Positions 25,794-34,561 of a stretch of DNA of 45,897 nucleotides are shown one piece after another. Each line of letters opens with the position of its first letter. Position 1 is the first letter of the stretch. Source of the stretch: Myxococcales bacterium (lineage in GTDB: Bacteria; Myxococcota_A; Polyangia; Polyangiales; Polyangiaceae). Position numbers and translations under genes: made by a program. The notes under the pieces are model-generated. The model did no database searches. It saw nothing but the letters and a program-made list of their open reading frames with translations, and was not told the DNA's origin. The stretch spans positions 1-45,897 of the forward strand of contig JAYUXI010000488.1 of the NCBI GenBank assembly GCA_043753085.1, given 5' to 3'.

Positions 25794-28628
25794 TCAGCGA
25801 TGCCGGGCGAAGGCGGTTTCCACCAGCATCTTTTGCTCGAGCTTGTGCGCCGCCATGCTGCCGGTGGCCGGACTGGCGCTGGCCGCGCGCGACACGCACG
25901 AGAGCGGCAGGCGACTGCCGATGAGATCGCGCACGTTGGCGTGGAGAAAATACCAGGGACCGCTATTTTTCGGCTCTTCCTGGACCCAAACGAGCGGGGT
26001 GCCGTCCGCATAGGCGGCGAGGGCGGCGGGCAGCTCCTGGTTGAGCGGGTGGATCTGCTCCAACCGCACGATGGCCACGTCGTTGGCTTCGAGCTCTTTG
26101 CGGGCTTCGACTAGATCGTAATAGACCTTGCCGGTGCAAAGCAGCACGCGGCTGACCCGGTTCGGCTCGACCGACAGATCCGGGATCACCCGCTGGAACC
26201 CGCCGGTGGCAAGCTCGTCGATGGTGGACGCGGCGCGGGTCCGCAGCAACGACTTCGGCGTGAAGATGACCAGCGGCTTCCGCCAGGGACGCAGCACCTG
26301 GCGGCGCAGCAGGTGGAAGAACTGCGCGGGCGTGGTGACGTTGCAGACCTGGATGTTGTCCTCCGCGGAGAGCTGCAAGAAGCGCTCGATGCGGGCGCTC
26401 GAGTGCTCGGGACCCTGGCCCTCGTAGCCGTGCGGCAACAGCAGGGTGATTCCGGAGAGGCGCAGCCACTTGTCTTCCGCCGAGGCGATGAACTGGTCGA
26501 TGATGACCTGTGCGCTGTTGGCGAAGTCGCCGAACTGCGCCTCCCAGAGTACGAGCGCCTCCGGGAAGTCGAGGCTGTAGCCGTATTCGAAGCCGAGCAC
26601 GCCAGTTTCGGAGAGCGGGCTGTCCCACACTTCGATGGGCGCCTGGTCGGCATCGAGATTGGCGAGCGGCATGTAGCGCTCGCCCGATTCGGCGTCGAAC
26701 AGGACCGCGTGGCGATGGCTGAAAGTGCCGCGTCGCACGTCCTGGCCGGAAAGGCGGACGCGGTGGCCGTCCATGAGCAGCGACGCGTAGGCGAGCGTTT
26801 CGGCGGTGCCCCAGTCGAACGTCTGCCCCGACTTCACCTTTTCGCGGCGCTCCTGCAGTAACTTGGCCACCTTCGGATGAGGGTGGAACCCGTCGGGCAG
26901 GGCGGAGATGCGATCGGCCAGATGCGCGAGCTTGTCGCGCGAGACGGTGGTGTCGACCTCGGGCACGGAAGCATCCGGCCCGCCGCGGTACGGGGCCCAC
27001 ACGCCGCCCATCGCCTGCGGCGGCTTGAGCCAGTCTTCCTTGCGTGCGTCTTCCAGTGCCTGGTCGAGGGCGGCCTTGCTCTCGGCGGCCACCTGGTCGG
27101 CCTGCTCGCGGGTGACGCGCTTCAGAGCGATCAGCTTCTGGACGTAGACCTCCCGGACGCTCGGCTTCTTGTCGATCAGCTTGTACATCATCGGCTGGGT
27201 GAAGCGCGGCTCGTCGCCCTCGTTGTGGCCGAACTTGCGGTAGCAGTACATGTCGATGATGGCGTCCTTGCCGAACATCTGCCGGAAATCGACGGCGAGC
27301 CGAGCGACTTGGATCACGGCTTCCGGATCTTCGCCGTTCACGTGGAACACGGGCACGTTGACCATGCGGGCGATGTCGGTGCAGTAGCGCGTGGAGCGGG
27401 CGTCTTCGGGCTTGGTGGTGAAGCCGACCTGGTTGTTGACCACCAAGTGCAGGGTGCCGCCGGTCTCGTAGCCTTCGAGCTGGGCGAGGTTGAAGGTCTC
27501 GCTGTTGACGCCCTGGCCGATGAACGCGCCGTCGCCATGGATGAGCAGCGGCACGATGGTGCGGCCCTTCTTGCGATCGCGCTTGGCGCGGACGCGGCCC
27601 TCGACGACGGGGTTGACGAACTCGAGGTGGCTCGGATTGAACGTGAGTGTAAGGTGCACGTTCTTTCCGGACTGGGTCTGCCAGTCCTTCGAGTAGCCGA
27701 GGTGGTACTTGACGTCGCCGGTGCCGAGGAAGCGATCCGGGTGCTTGTCGTCGAAGGCAGCGAACAGCTCGCGTGGGTTTTTGCCCATGATGTTGACCAG
27801 GACATTGAGCCGTCCGCGGTGCGCCATGCCGAGCACGATTTCATCGACCCCGGCCTTGCCCGCCGATTCGATGAGCAGATCGAGCATGGCGATCATGCTC
27901 TCGGCGCCTTCCGCGGAAAACCGCTTGGCGCCGACGAAGTTGCGGTGGAGAAACTGCTCGAACGACTCGGCGTCGGTGAGGCGACGCACGATGCGCAGCG
28001 TTTCGTTCGCGTTCAGCTCGCAGTGGTTCTCGGTGGTCTCCATGCGGTTCTGGAGCCACTCGCGCTCGTCGCGCGACTCGACGTTCATGAACTCGACGCC
28101 GATCGACCCGCAGTACGTTTCGCGGAGGTGGGCGACGAGATCGCGCAGCTTGGCACGCTCGCCCAGCCCGCCGACGCCGGCGGTGGGGAAGTGGCGGTCG
28201 AGATCGTCGCGCTCGAGGCCGAACGTGGCGAGACTGAGCTCGCTCGATTCGACGCGGGGTTCCCCGAGGGGATCGACCTTGGCGTACAGGTGGCCGTGCA
28301 CGCGGTACGCGTTGACGAGCTCGAAGACGCGGGCGCGGACCGACGCCTCTTCGAGCAGCTCTGCGCGCTGGGTGCCCCAGCCGCCGGCAGGCACGCGCTG
28401 CGAGGATGGCGCGGACGCGCTGGGCGCCGGTGCAGGAATCGACTTCGCCGCTGCGCTCGCGCCGTTCGCGTGCACGCCGTTGCTGGACGTGCCGTTGGTG
28501 GGAGCCGGCTGCGCGCTGCTGCCTTCGAACAATGCTTGCCAGTCCGCGGAGACCGCCTGCGGCGTGCGCTGCCAGGTGGCGTGGAGGTCTTCGACGTAGC
28601 CCGCGTTGATTCCGAATTCCTCGAACAT
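25794..28628 (-). CDS. sucA: 2-oxoglutarate dehydrogenase E1 component
   Basis: It is about 944 aa and starts 'MFEEFGINAGYVEDL'. It has 'GMAHRGRLNVL', 'GDVKYHLG', 'HGDGAF.GQGV', 'NNQVGFTT' and 'LPHGYEGQGPEHSSAR'. I chose the ATG at 28628. Confidence 0.95.
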   Translation of the reverse strand: MFEEFGINAGYVEDLHATWQRTPQAVSADWQALFEGSSAQPAPTNGTSSNGVHANGASAAAKSIPAPAPSASAPSSQRVPAGGWGTQRAELLEEASVRARVFELVNAYRVHGHLYAKVDPLGEPRVESSELSLATFGLERDDLDRHFPTAGVGGLGERAKLRDLVAHLRETYCGSIGVEFMNVESRDEREWLQNRMETTENHCELNANETLRIVRRLTDAESFEQFLHRNFVGAKRFSAEGAESMIAMLDLLIESAGKAGVDEIVLGMAHRGRLNVLVNIMGKNPRELFAAFDDKHPDRFLGTGDVKYHLGYSKDWQTQSGKNVHLTLTFNPSHLEFVNPVVEGRVRAKRDRKKGRTIVPLLIHGDGAFIGQGVNSETFNLAQLEGYETGGTLHLVVNNQVGFTTKPEDARSTRYCTDIARMVNVPVFHVNGEDPEAVIQVARLAVDFRQMFGKDAIIDMYCYRKFGHNEGDEPRFTQPMMYKLIDKKPSVREVYVQKLIALKRVTREQADQVAAESKAALDQALEDARKEDWLKPPQAMGGVWAPYRGGPDASVPEVDTTVSRDKLAHLADRISALPDGFHPHPKVAKLLQERREKVKSGQTFDWGTAETLAYASLLMDGHRVRLSGQDVRRGTFSHRHAVLFDAESGERYMPLANLDADQAPIEVWDSPLSETGVLGFEYGYSLDFPEALVLWEAQFGDFANSAQVIIDQFIASAEDKWLRLSGITLLLPHGYEGQGPEHSSARIERFLQLSAEDNIQVCNVTTPAQFFHLLRRQVLRPWRKPLVIFTPKSLLRTRAASTIDELATGGFQRVIPDLSVEPNRVSRVLLCTGKVYYDLVEARKELEANDVAIVRLEQIHPLNQELPAALAAYADGTPLVWVQEEPKNSGPWYFLHANVRDLIGSRLPLSCVSRAASASPATGSMAAHKLEQKMLVETAFARHR

Positions 28629-28740
28629 GGTAGCTCCCGAGCGAGTGCACGAACATCGGCAGGCGTCTGCCGCGCGGACGGCAGCGTAGTACTCGCGGCC
28701 CGAAGATTCTACAGCCGCGACGGGTCGAAATCGGCTGCGG

Positions 28741-29802
28741 TCAACCGCCGCCGCTCGCGGGCGTGCCCGGGGTACCGCCACCGTGGGTGCCCGGCTGCAA
28801 CCAGGCCGACAGGTCGGCCGAAGGGTCGAGCGCGATCAGGATCGCATCGACCGTGATCGCCGACACGACCGTGCCGGAAGGCGCAACGTGTACGCCGCGC
28901 GCATCTTTCCACAGCACGACGTGGAAGGCCTGGCTGGCCTGCAGGCGAGCTGCGCGGCGACCGACGTCGGCGGGATTTTCGCGGTCGACCTCGGTCATGG
29001 TGTTGACCTTGGGGCGTATCGGACCGACGCGAGCGCCGGCGGGCGTGGTCCCAATCGGGGGGCCAGCCGTGGCGATCTTCGCCGGATCGACGAACTCGGG
29101 CGGAGTGTCGACCACGGGCCGTGTCGGCGGCAGTTGCACCGTGTGCGGTGAGTCCCAGCCGTCGGCGGGGGGCGGCACGTTCGATGCGCGTGGCGGCGGA
29201 ATGGAGGGCCGCGCGGGCGAGGCGGAGCCACGTGGCGGTAGCGACGAGGGCCGGGCGGCGAGCGGCGCGGGCGGCAGCGCGGCCAGCTGGTCGAGCGGCG
29301 CGGCCGCCTCGCGCGCCACGCGCTGCGGGCTCGGAGAGGCTGCGGTGCGCGGGCCGACGCCGCCCGGCTTCGGGCTCTGCGCGGCGACTGGGCGCATGCC
29401 GAGATGCTTGACCTGCACGATGCCGGTAGGCGGTGAGGGCCGGCGCAGCTCCGCGGGGGCGGAGCGGAGCGGAATCGGCGGCGCGGTCTTCGCCGGCGGT
29501 ACGCCGCCCGAGAGCGGACCCTTCTGCGACTGCATGGTCCTGTCGAAGGTGCCGCGCCCAGGGTTCGGGGGTGGACCGGCGAGATCCGGCTCGAGGGCGT
29601 TGGCGAGGTCGGCGGCGGCGCTCGCCAGATCCGCTGCGCGCATGATGTCGTCGGCTTCGGAGGCGGCCTCGGCGGCCTTCCGAATCCACTTGACGGCATC
29701 CTGGCGATCGCCACGAGCCCACATCGCTTCGGCGGTGGCCAAGGCCCACGCAACGTCTTCTTCGTCCGCCGCCAGGGGCTTCGGAACTGCCGGGCTATCC
29801 AT
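28741..29802 (-). CDS. hypothetical Pro-rich protein
   Basis: It has an N-terminal helical segment 'EEDVAWALATAEAMWARGDRQDAVKWIRKAAEAASEA', a long Pro/Ala/Ser-rich middle and a C-terminal 'FHVVLWKDARGVHVAPSG'. I chose the ATG at 29802, because upstream of it the listed ORF is junk. Confidence 0.5.
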   Translation of the reverse strand: MDSPAVPKPLAADEEDVAWALATAEAMWARGDRQDAVKWIRKAAEAASEADDIMRAADLASAAADLANALEPDLAGPPPNPGRGTFDRTMQSQKGPLSGGVPPAKTAPPIPLRSAPAELRRPSPPTGIVQVKHLGMRPVAAQSPKPGGVGPRTAASPSPQRVAREAAAPLDQLAALPPAPLAARPSSLPPRGSASPARPSIPPPRASNVPPPADGWDSPHTVQLPPTRPVVDTPPEFVDPAKIATAGPPIGTTPAGARVGPIRPKVNTMTEVDRENPADVGRRAARLQASQAFHVVLWKDARGVHVAPSGTVVSAITVDAILIALDPSADLSAWLQPGTHGGGTPGTPASGGG

Positions 29803-29946
29803 CGCGGGCAGTATGGCGAAGAACGCGAAACAACCAGAAGAAAAGCGCAGCAAAAGGTTCGGAATCGACCAGCCCGCGGCCGCGGCAAGCGCATCGCGCG
29901 GGTGGCAAGGTCGCGTCCGCGCGCCGGATCGACTACCCTCCCTTCG

Positions 29947-30144
29947 ATGCAAGTCGTGATCAACGGCGATCCCCGCGAAGTTCCGGACGGGCTCACCGTG
30001 GCGGCGCTGCTGGAGCACCTGGCCATCGGCGGCTTGGTCGCGGTCGAGGTCGACCACCAGGTCGTGCCCCGCGCATCCCGCGAAGGTCATCCCTTGCGGG
30101 ACGGGGCCTGCGTGGAAGTCGTGCATTTCGTCGGAGGTGGCTGA
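29947..30144 (+). CDS. thiS: ThiS-family sulfur carrier protein (65 aa, C-terminal Gly-Gly)
   Basis: 'MQVVINGDPREVPDGLTVAALLEHL.....VAVEVDHQVVPR.....PLRDGACVEVVHFVGGG*' follows the ThiS pattern, including the terminal GG. Confidence 0.85.
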   Translation: MQVVINGDPREVPDGLTVAALLEHLAIGGLVAVEVDHQVVPRASREGHPLRDGACVEVVHFVGGG

Positions 30145-30146
30145 TC

Positions 30147-30740
30147 ATGAATGTGACCGTATTGCTCGAGCCCGAGCTTCGCTTCGCCGAGCTCGCCAAG
30201 GTGCTCGACGAGCTCGGCTTCGAGGGCCGCTTGCACGCCGTGCGTGAGTGGGGCAAGGCCACCCAGGCCAAGCTCTTCGAGGCCGCCAAAGGCAAGCGCC
30301 CGCTCACCGTGGATCACTTCGTTCCGTCCGGCACCGCCGCGCGCACGCCGGTGCGTCATTACGGCAAAAACACTCTGCCGCTGTTCAATCACTTCGAGAA
30401 GCGCTTCATGAAAGCGGCCGAGGGTGGTGAGGAACGCATCGTCGGCTACAACCATCAAGACATGGGCGTACTCACCGGGCCGGGCTACTTCATGGTTCGC
30501 AAGGGGGACGACGAGGGCGAGATCGCCATCGACTACACCACCCTTCCCACCCAGCGCGCCGACGGCTGGCCGGAGATCATTCCGAACGAAGCGCGCCTCG
30601 GCAAGCTGGTTTACGCCGGCATGGTCGACCACATGCGCGGCATCTCCAGCACGGTGAGCATCGGCCGCGCCGCCAGGGGCAGCAAGATGATGGACGCATG
30701 GTTCGTGCTCGTGCGCGAAGACCCACAGCCCTCGGCCTAG
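30147..30740 (+). CDS. hypothetical protein (197 aa), translationally coupled to thiS
   Basis: Its ATG lies 2 nt after the thiS stop. The SD sequence GGAGGTGG (30134-30141) is formed by the thiS GGG codons. The frame is GC3-rich. The C-terminus 'LVYAGMVDHMRGIS..V.IG.A.R....MDAWFVLVRE' vaguely recalls DUF4334/GXWXG-type proteins, with low certainty. Confidence 0.6.
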   Translation: MNVTVLLEPELRFAELAKVLDELGFEGRLHAVREWGKATQAKLFEAAKGKRPLTVDHFVPSGTAARTPVRHYGKNTLPLFNHFEKRFMKAAEGGEERIVGYNHQDMGVLTGPGYFMVRKGDDEGEIAIDYTTLPTQRADGWPEIIPNEARLGKLVYAGMVDHMRGISSTVSIGRAARGSKMMDAWFVLVREDPQPSA

Positions 30741-31375
30741 ACTTCTTCGAGGTCTCGGCGCGCCGTCTCGCGTGCCGCTTGCTCGGCACGCACCTGGTGC
30801 ACGACGCCCCTTGCGGTACGCGTCGTGCGGCGCGCATCGTCGAGGTCGAAGCGTACGAGGGCCCGACCGATCCGGCCTGCCACGCGCGCTTTGGCATCAC
30901 CACGCGCACGCGCACGCTGTTCGGTCCGCCGGGCCACGCCTACGTCTATTTCATCTACGGCATGCACGAGTGCTTCAACGTGACCGCGTTGCGAGAGGGC
31001 GCCGGGCACGCGGTCCTGATCCGCGGCGTCGAGCCACTGTGGGACGCAGCGGCGCGCACCGACGGTCCGGGCCGGCTCACGCGCGCGCTCGGCATCGACC
31101 GCTCGCACGACGGGGTGTCGCTTCTCACGGGCTCGCTACGCATCGAGCCGGGCGATCGCAAGCTCGGCACGGTCGGGCAAAGCCCGCGCGTCGGCGTCGG
31201 CTACGCGGGATGCGCCGCCGATCTGCCGTGGCGTTTCTTCGAGCTCGGCAACCCGCACGTGTCCAGGCCGAGTCGCAGCCAGCTCGGTCAGCGGAACGCG
31301 GCCGACGCCACCACCACGACCTCGGTGGCCACGCCGGCCGCCAAGACGACGCGGGTGCCGCGCCGCACGCAGTGA
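30698..31375 (+). CDS. mpg: DNA-3-methyladenine glycosylase (AAG/Mpg family)
   Basis: It has 'IVEVEAYEGPTDPACHA', 'RTRTLFGPPGHAYVYFIYGMHECFNV', 'AVLIRGVEP', 'GPGRLTRALGI' and 'RVGV...A...PWRF'. The only in-frame start gives a 43-nt overlap with the upstream gene. Confidence 0.85.
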   Translation: MVRARARRPTALGLDFFEVSARRLACRLLGTHLVHDAPCGTRRAARIVEVEAYEGPTDPACHARFGITTRTRTLFGPPGHAYVYFIYGMHECFNVTALREGAGHAVLIRGVEPLWDAAARTDGPGRLTRALGIDRSHDGVSLLTGSLRIEPGDRKLGTVGQSPRVGVGYAGCAADLPWRFFELGNPHVSRPSRSQLGQRNAADATTTTSVATPAAKTTRVPRRTQ

Positions 31376-31725
31376 GGAGGCGTCCACGCGTCATGCATGG
31401 GAAAGTCCGTGCTGGGGCCTCCGTCGCCGTCTTCGGTGAGCGTGAGGACCACGCCGGCGCCGGCCTCCGTCAGGACCGCGGCCCGGATGCGGAGGCAGGT
31501 GTCGGCCGCGGCGGAGCCCAGCTCGAACCTGGGATCGAGCCAGCCCTGGAACACCACATCGAGGCCGGTCGTCGTGGCGTCGCGCAGCAGCTCGTCGCGG
31601 TGCGAGACGCGCGCGGCCGCGGGGAGAGCAGAGGCCGCGGGGCCGGCGTCACCGTTGCCGGCGGGCAGGGGCAGCGGGCCCTTGTTCGTGCAGGCGGCCA
31701 GCGCGAGCAGCGCGAGGCATTTCAC
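31288..31725 (-). CDS. small lipoprotein, translationally coupled to the bactofilin gene
   Basis: It starts 'MKCLALLALAAC' with a lipobox. Its start overlaps the bactofilin stop (ATGA). The frame is GC3-rich. Its 3' end overlaps the mpg tail by 88 nt. Confidence 0.55.
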   Translation of the reverse strand: MKCLALLALAACTNKGPLPLPAGNGDAGPAASALPAAARVSHRDELLRDATTTGLDVVFQGWLDPRFELGSAAADTCLRIRAAVLTEAGAGVVLTLTEDGDGGPSTDFPMHDAWTPPHCVRRGTRVVLAAGVATEVVVVASAAFR

Positions 31726-32090
31726 GGCGCCTCGGCCAAGACCGCAGCGAGGTCGTCGTCCGTGACGGCATCCATGCGGCAGTTGCCCTGAAAGGCAACG
31801 CCCTTGTCCAAAAACACCGACGGTGAATGGAGATCTCCGACGACGCGGGCAGGGGCATAGACCTCGATGGCCTCCCTCGCCACGACGCGGCCCCTGAGCG
31901 TGCCGCCACGCACGATGACCGTGGCCACGGCGATCTGGCCCTCCACGTCGGCGCCTTCGCCGATGACGAGCACGCTGTCGGACTGGATGGTACCCCGATA
32001 AAATCCGTCGATGCGGAGCGGAGCGTCGAAGGCGAGCTTGCCCTCGAAACGACTGCCTCCGCCGAGGAGTGTGGCGATTCCTTCGGCCAT
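31722..32090 (-). CDS. bactofilin (DUF583 polymer-forming cytoskeletal protein)
   Basis: It is 122 aa. 'F.G.L.....L.IDG...G.I.S...L.IGEGA.V.G.I.....IV.G...G.V.A...IE.....V.GD......F...GV.F.G.C.M' is the beta-helical bactofilin repeat pattern. Confidence 0.85.
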   Translation of the reverse strand: MAEGIATLLGGGSRFEGKLAFDAPLRIDGFYRGTIQSDSVLVIGEGADVEGQIAVATVIVRGGTLRGRVVAREAIEVYAPARVVGDLHSPSVFLDKGVAFQGNCRMDAVTDDDLAAVLAEAP

Positions 32091-32156
32091 GCCCGATCGG
32101 GTCTACCTGCCGGCGCCGTATCGAACAACTTTTCCTTTCGGCCCAACGGGTGTGAG

Positions 32157-32642
32157 ATGGGGGTACCGATGCGAAGCTGGCGTTCCACTCTCGTTCTTGC
32201 TGCCTTGGCCGCGGTCGCGGTACCCAGCGCCATGGCCAAGCCGACGGTGCCGCGCGCCATCGTCAGCTTTCCGACCTTCCAGCTCGGCAGCGATGGCCGC
32301 ACCACCCTGGCGATGCGCGTGTCGCAATCTCCCGAGATCGAGGAGAGCCGCTCGAAGGGGCATCATCTCTTGCGCCTGAAGAATGCACGCATCGGCGTGC
32401 GCAACGACGCGCACGTGCTCCACACGGAGCACTTCGAGAGCGCCGTGCTCGCAGCGCGGCTCAAGGCGGCTGGCAACGACGTCCTGTTCGACGTCACCCT
32501 TCGCAGCGACGTGACGCCCACCCGCACCGTCCGCGCCGTCACTGCCGAAGAGCGGGCCGAAGAGCCCCACAAGGAAGCGTCCTCCACGGAAGTCGTCGTG
32601 ACGCTCGAATTCCCGAGTGCGCCTGCGCCCGTACAGAAGTAG
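32157..32642 (+). CDS. secreted AMIN-domain-like protein
   Basis: It has the signal peptide 'MRSWRSTLVLAALAAVAVPSAMA'. The segment 'TTLAMRVSQSPEIEE...HHLLRLKNARIG......VLAARLKAAGNDVLFDVTLRSDV' resembles an AMIN domain. Its 3' end overlaps the lptD start by 26 nt. Confidence 0.5.
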   Translation: MGVPMRSWRSTLVLAALAAVAVPSAMAKPTVPRAIVSFPTFQLGSDGRTTLAMRVSQSPEIEESRSKGHHLLRLKNARIGVRNDAHVLHTEHFESAVLAARLKAAGNDVLFDVTLRSDVTPTRTVRAVTAEERAEEPHKEASSTEVVVTLEFPSAPAPVQK

Positions 32643-34506
32643 CAGCGCCGCGGTGGTGGCCGTCGCGCTGCCGGCCTTGGCGCACGCGGTCGAGCCAGCG
32701 CGGGTGCAGGCCGACTCGGTGCGCATCGAGGCCGACGACCGCGTGGTCGAGGCCCGGGGCCACGTGCGCGTCGACGCCGAGCCGTTCCACCTACAGAGCG
32801 ATGCGCTGACCCTCACGCGCTCGTGGCGCGGAATCGAGATCGACGGCAGCGGCAAGCTGTCGTTTTGCCGATGCCTGTCGTTCCCACTGGCCCTGTCGTT
32901 CCGTGGTGGCGCGGTGGCGCCGCCGTACGATCTGGTGCTCAATCGCGTGAAGCTCGAACTCTTCGGGCTACCGCTGTTTTTCCTGCCGATCTTGTGGATC
33001 CGGGCGCCCGCGCGTGCAGGCCTGCTGATGCCGGAGCTCGCGTACCGCGGCAAGGACGGCTTGTACGGCTCGGTGGGGGGCCACCTGCCGCTCTCGGCTG
33101 GCTCGCTGACCGAGGGCATCGACGTCCGTGTCGGGGGCTACGTGCGGGGCGGCTTCGCGGCCGAAACCCGAGTGCGCACGCGGCGCACCACCTTGAACGT
33201 GCGCCTCGACACCATGCGCACCTTCGAGCGCGGTGACGGCGTCTCGGGGGCTGGCGTCACGGTCGACGCGCGCGGCGTCGCCGGTGCAGGCGACGCCCGC
33301 ATGGCCTGGGACGCCGACATGCTGATCGGGCGCCGCGCGCTCTACGCGACCACGGCGCTGGAGTCAGCAGCCCGCCCGTACGATCGGGGCCGCGCCGAGG
33401 CGTTCGTGATCGGCCGCGACGTGGCGGTAGCCGTCGGCGTGCGCACGCTTTCGACGCGCGGCGCCGGCCTCGAGCAAAACCTGACCGGCGGCCCATACGC
33501 TACCGCCTCCGCGCGGCGGGCGCTGGGGGAGCGCGTGTTGGTCGACGGCAGCGCCGAGCTCGGCGTGCTCGGCCAGGCGGCGACGCCGAGCGCTTCGTAC
33601 CTGCGCGGTGAAGCAGGGCTCTACGTGGCCGACCACGCCGGCCCTCTCCTCGCCGAACTGCGGGCGCGCGCCGCAGGCTCGGCATTCCATGCGGCCGCCG
33701 CGGCGTCCGCCACCGACGCGCTCGACGGCGCCGCGTCGTCCGAAGCGAGCATCGGGCTGCCGCTGGCGCGCGGCTTCGGCAGCGGCCTGTGGCCCATGCG
33801 CCATCGACTCGAGCCGAAGCTCGGGATTCGCGTGCTCACCGCGCGCGGTAGAGATCCATTCGGCGTGGCGGCGGGCCGTGGTCTCCGCGCCGTGCGCGGC
33901 GAGGCTGCGGTGGCCGAGGCCAGCGTGCTGTCGTCGACGGGCCGGCTCGGCACGCATGGCGCCTGGGATCTCGAGGCCGCCGGTGGCATCGTCGGCGTCT
34001 CGCGCGCGAGCACGCCATCCGCTTCTCGCGACGGGCTGCCCGCTGCACGCATTCGTCAGGCGCTGTCCTTCACGCACGCGGCGCTGCTCGCGGAAGGCGC
34101 GGTGGTCGGCGCCGCGGCCGAAGGCGTCGCCGTGGCCGCGCACGGCCGGCTCGGTCGGCGCGACGGCGTGTCGCTGCGGTCTCGCGTGTTCGCCGCGCAG
34201 GGCCTCGAGCCCACTCTCGCGCGCCTGCTGGTGGACCCACTGCGCGAGGCGCCCACGGCCTACACGGGGAGAACGGGCGTGACCGGCGGCGCCTCGCTGC
34301 GCATTCCTTTCACGGCGTGGCTCGCGGCCGAGGGCGGCGCCGATGCCGATCTGACCCTGCGCGCGTTGCTCGGCGCGCGTGCCGGCCTCGAGATCCGGGA
34401 TCGCTGCGGTTGTTTCGTGGTGCGTTTGTCCGGCTCACAGCGCCTCGGGCGCGACGGCACCGACGTGTGGCTCGCCGTCGACCTGATGCCGGCCGGCAAG
34501 ATCTGA
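32617..34506 (+). CDS. lptD: LPS-assembly protein LptD-like (OstA N-terminal domain plus beta-barrel)
   Basis: It has the signal peptide 'SSSAAVVAVALPALAHA' and the OstA-like segment 'VQADSVRIEADDRVVEARGHVRVDAEPFHLQSDALTL'. It also has 'LFGLPLFFLPILW' and 'GLLMPELAYRGKDGLY', typical of the LptD barrel entry. The start is GTG. Confidence 0.7.
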   Translation: MRLRPYRSSSAAVVAVALPALAHAVEPARVQADSVRIEADDRVVEARGHVRVDAEPFHLQSDALTLTRSWRGIEIDGSGKLSFCRCLSFPLALSFRGGAVAPPYDLVLNRVKLELFGLPLFFLPILWIRAPARAGLLMPELAYRGKDGLYGSVGGHLPLSAGSLTEGIDVRVGGYVRGGFAAETRVRTRRTTLNVRLDTMRTFERGDGVSGAGVTVDARGVAGAGDARMAWDADMLIGRRALYATTALESAARPYDRGRAEAFVIGRDVAVAVGVRTLSTRGAGLEQNLTGGPYATASARRALGERVLVDGSAELGVLGQAATPSASYLRGEAGLYVADHAGPLLAELRARAAGSAFHAAAAASATDALDGAASSEASIGLPLARGFGSGLWPMRHRLEPKLGIRVLTARGRDPFGVAAGRGLRAVRGEAAVAEASVLSSTGRLGTHGAWDLEAAGGIVGVSRASTPSASRDGLPAARIRQALSFTHAALLAEGAVVGAAAEGVAVAAHGRLGRRDGVSLRSRVFAAQGLEPTLARLLVDPLREAPTAYTGRTGVTGGASLRIPFTAWLAAEGGADADLTLRALLGARAGLEIRDRCGCFVVRLSGSQRLGRDGTDVWLAVDLMPAGKI

Positions 34507-34541
34507 GGCGACCCGCAAGTCGCGGGTGCTGCAGGTGAAAA

Positions 34542-34561
34542 CCACAATCACTATCGTGTGG
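34542..34561 (+). promoter_or_regulatory. inverted repeat CCACA-N10-TGTGG in the AT-rich bfr upstream region (candidate operator)
   Basis: 'ccacaatcactatcgtgtgg' is followed by 'ataaatatagggattc'. This is the most AT-rich patch in the window, 56-75 nt upstream of the bfr ATG. There is only a partial resemblance to a Fur box. Confidence 0.2.

Noticed and set aside
29803-29946. A possible TPP riboswitch upstream of thiS.
   Set aside because: I could not find the conserved CUGAGA core or the 'ACCUGAUCUGGAUAAUGCCAGCG'-like pyrimidine-sensor helix in the 144-nt leader on the thiS strand. The region contains only a purine/A-rich stretch and GC-rich segments.
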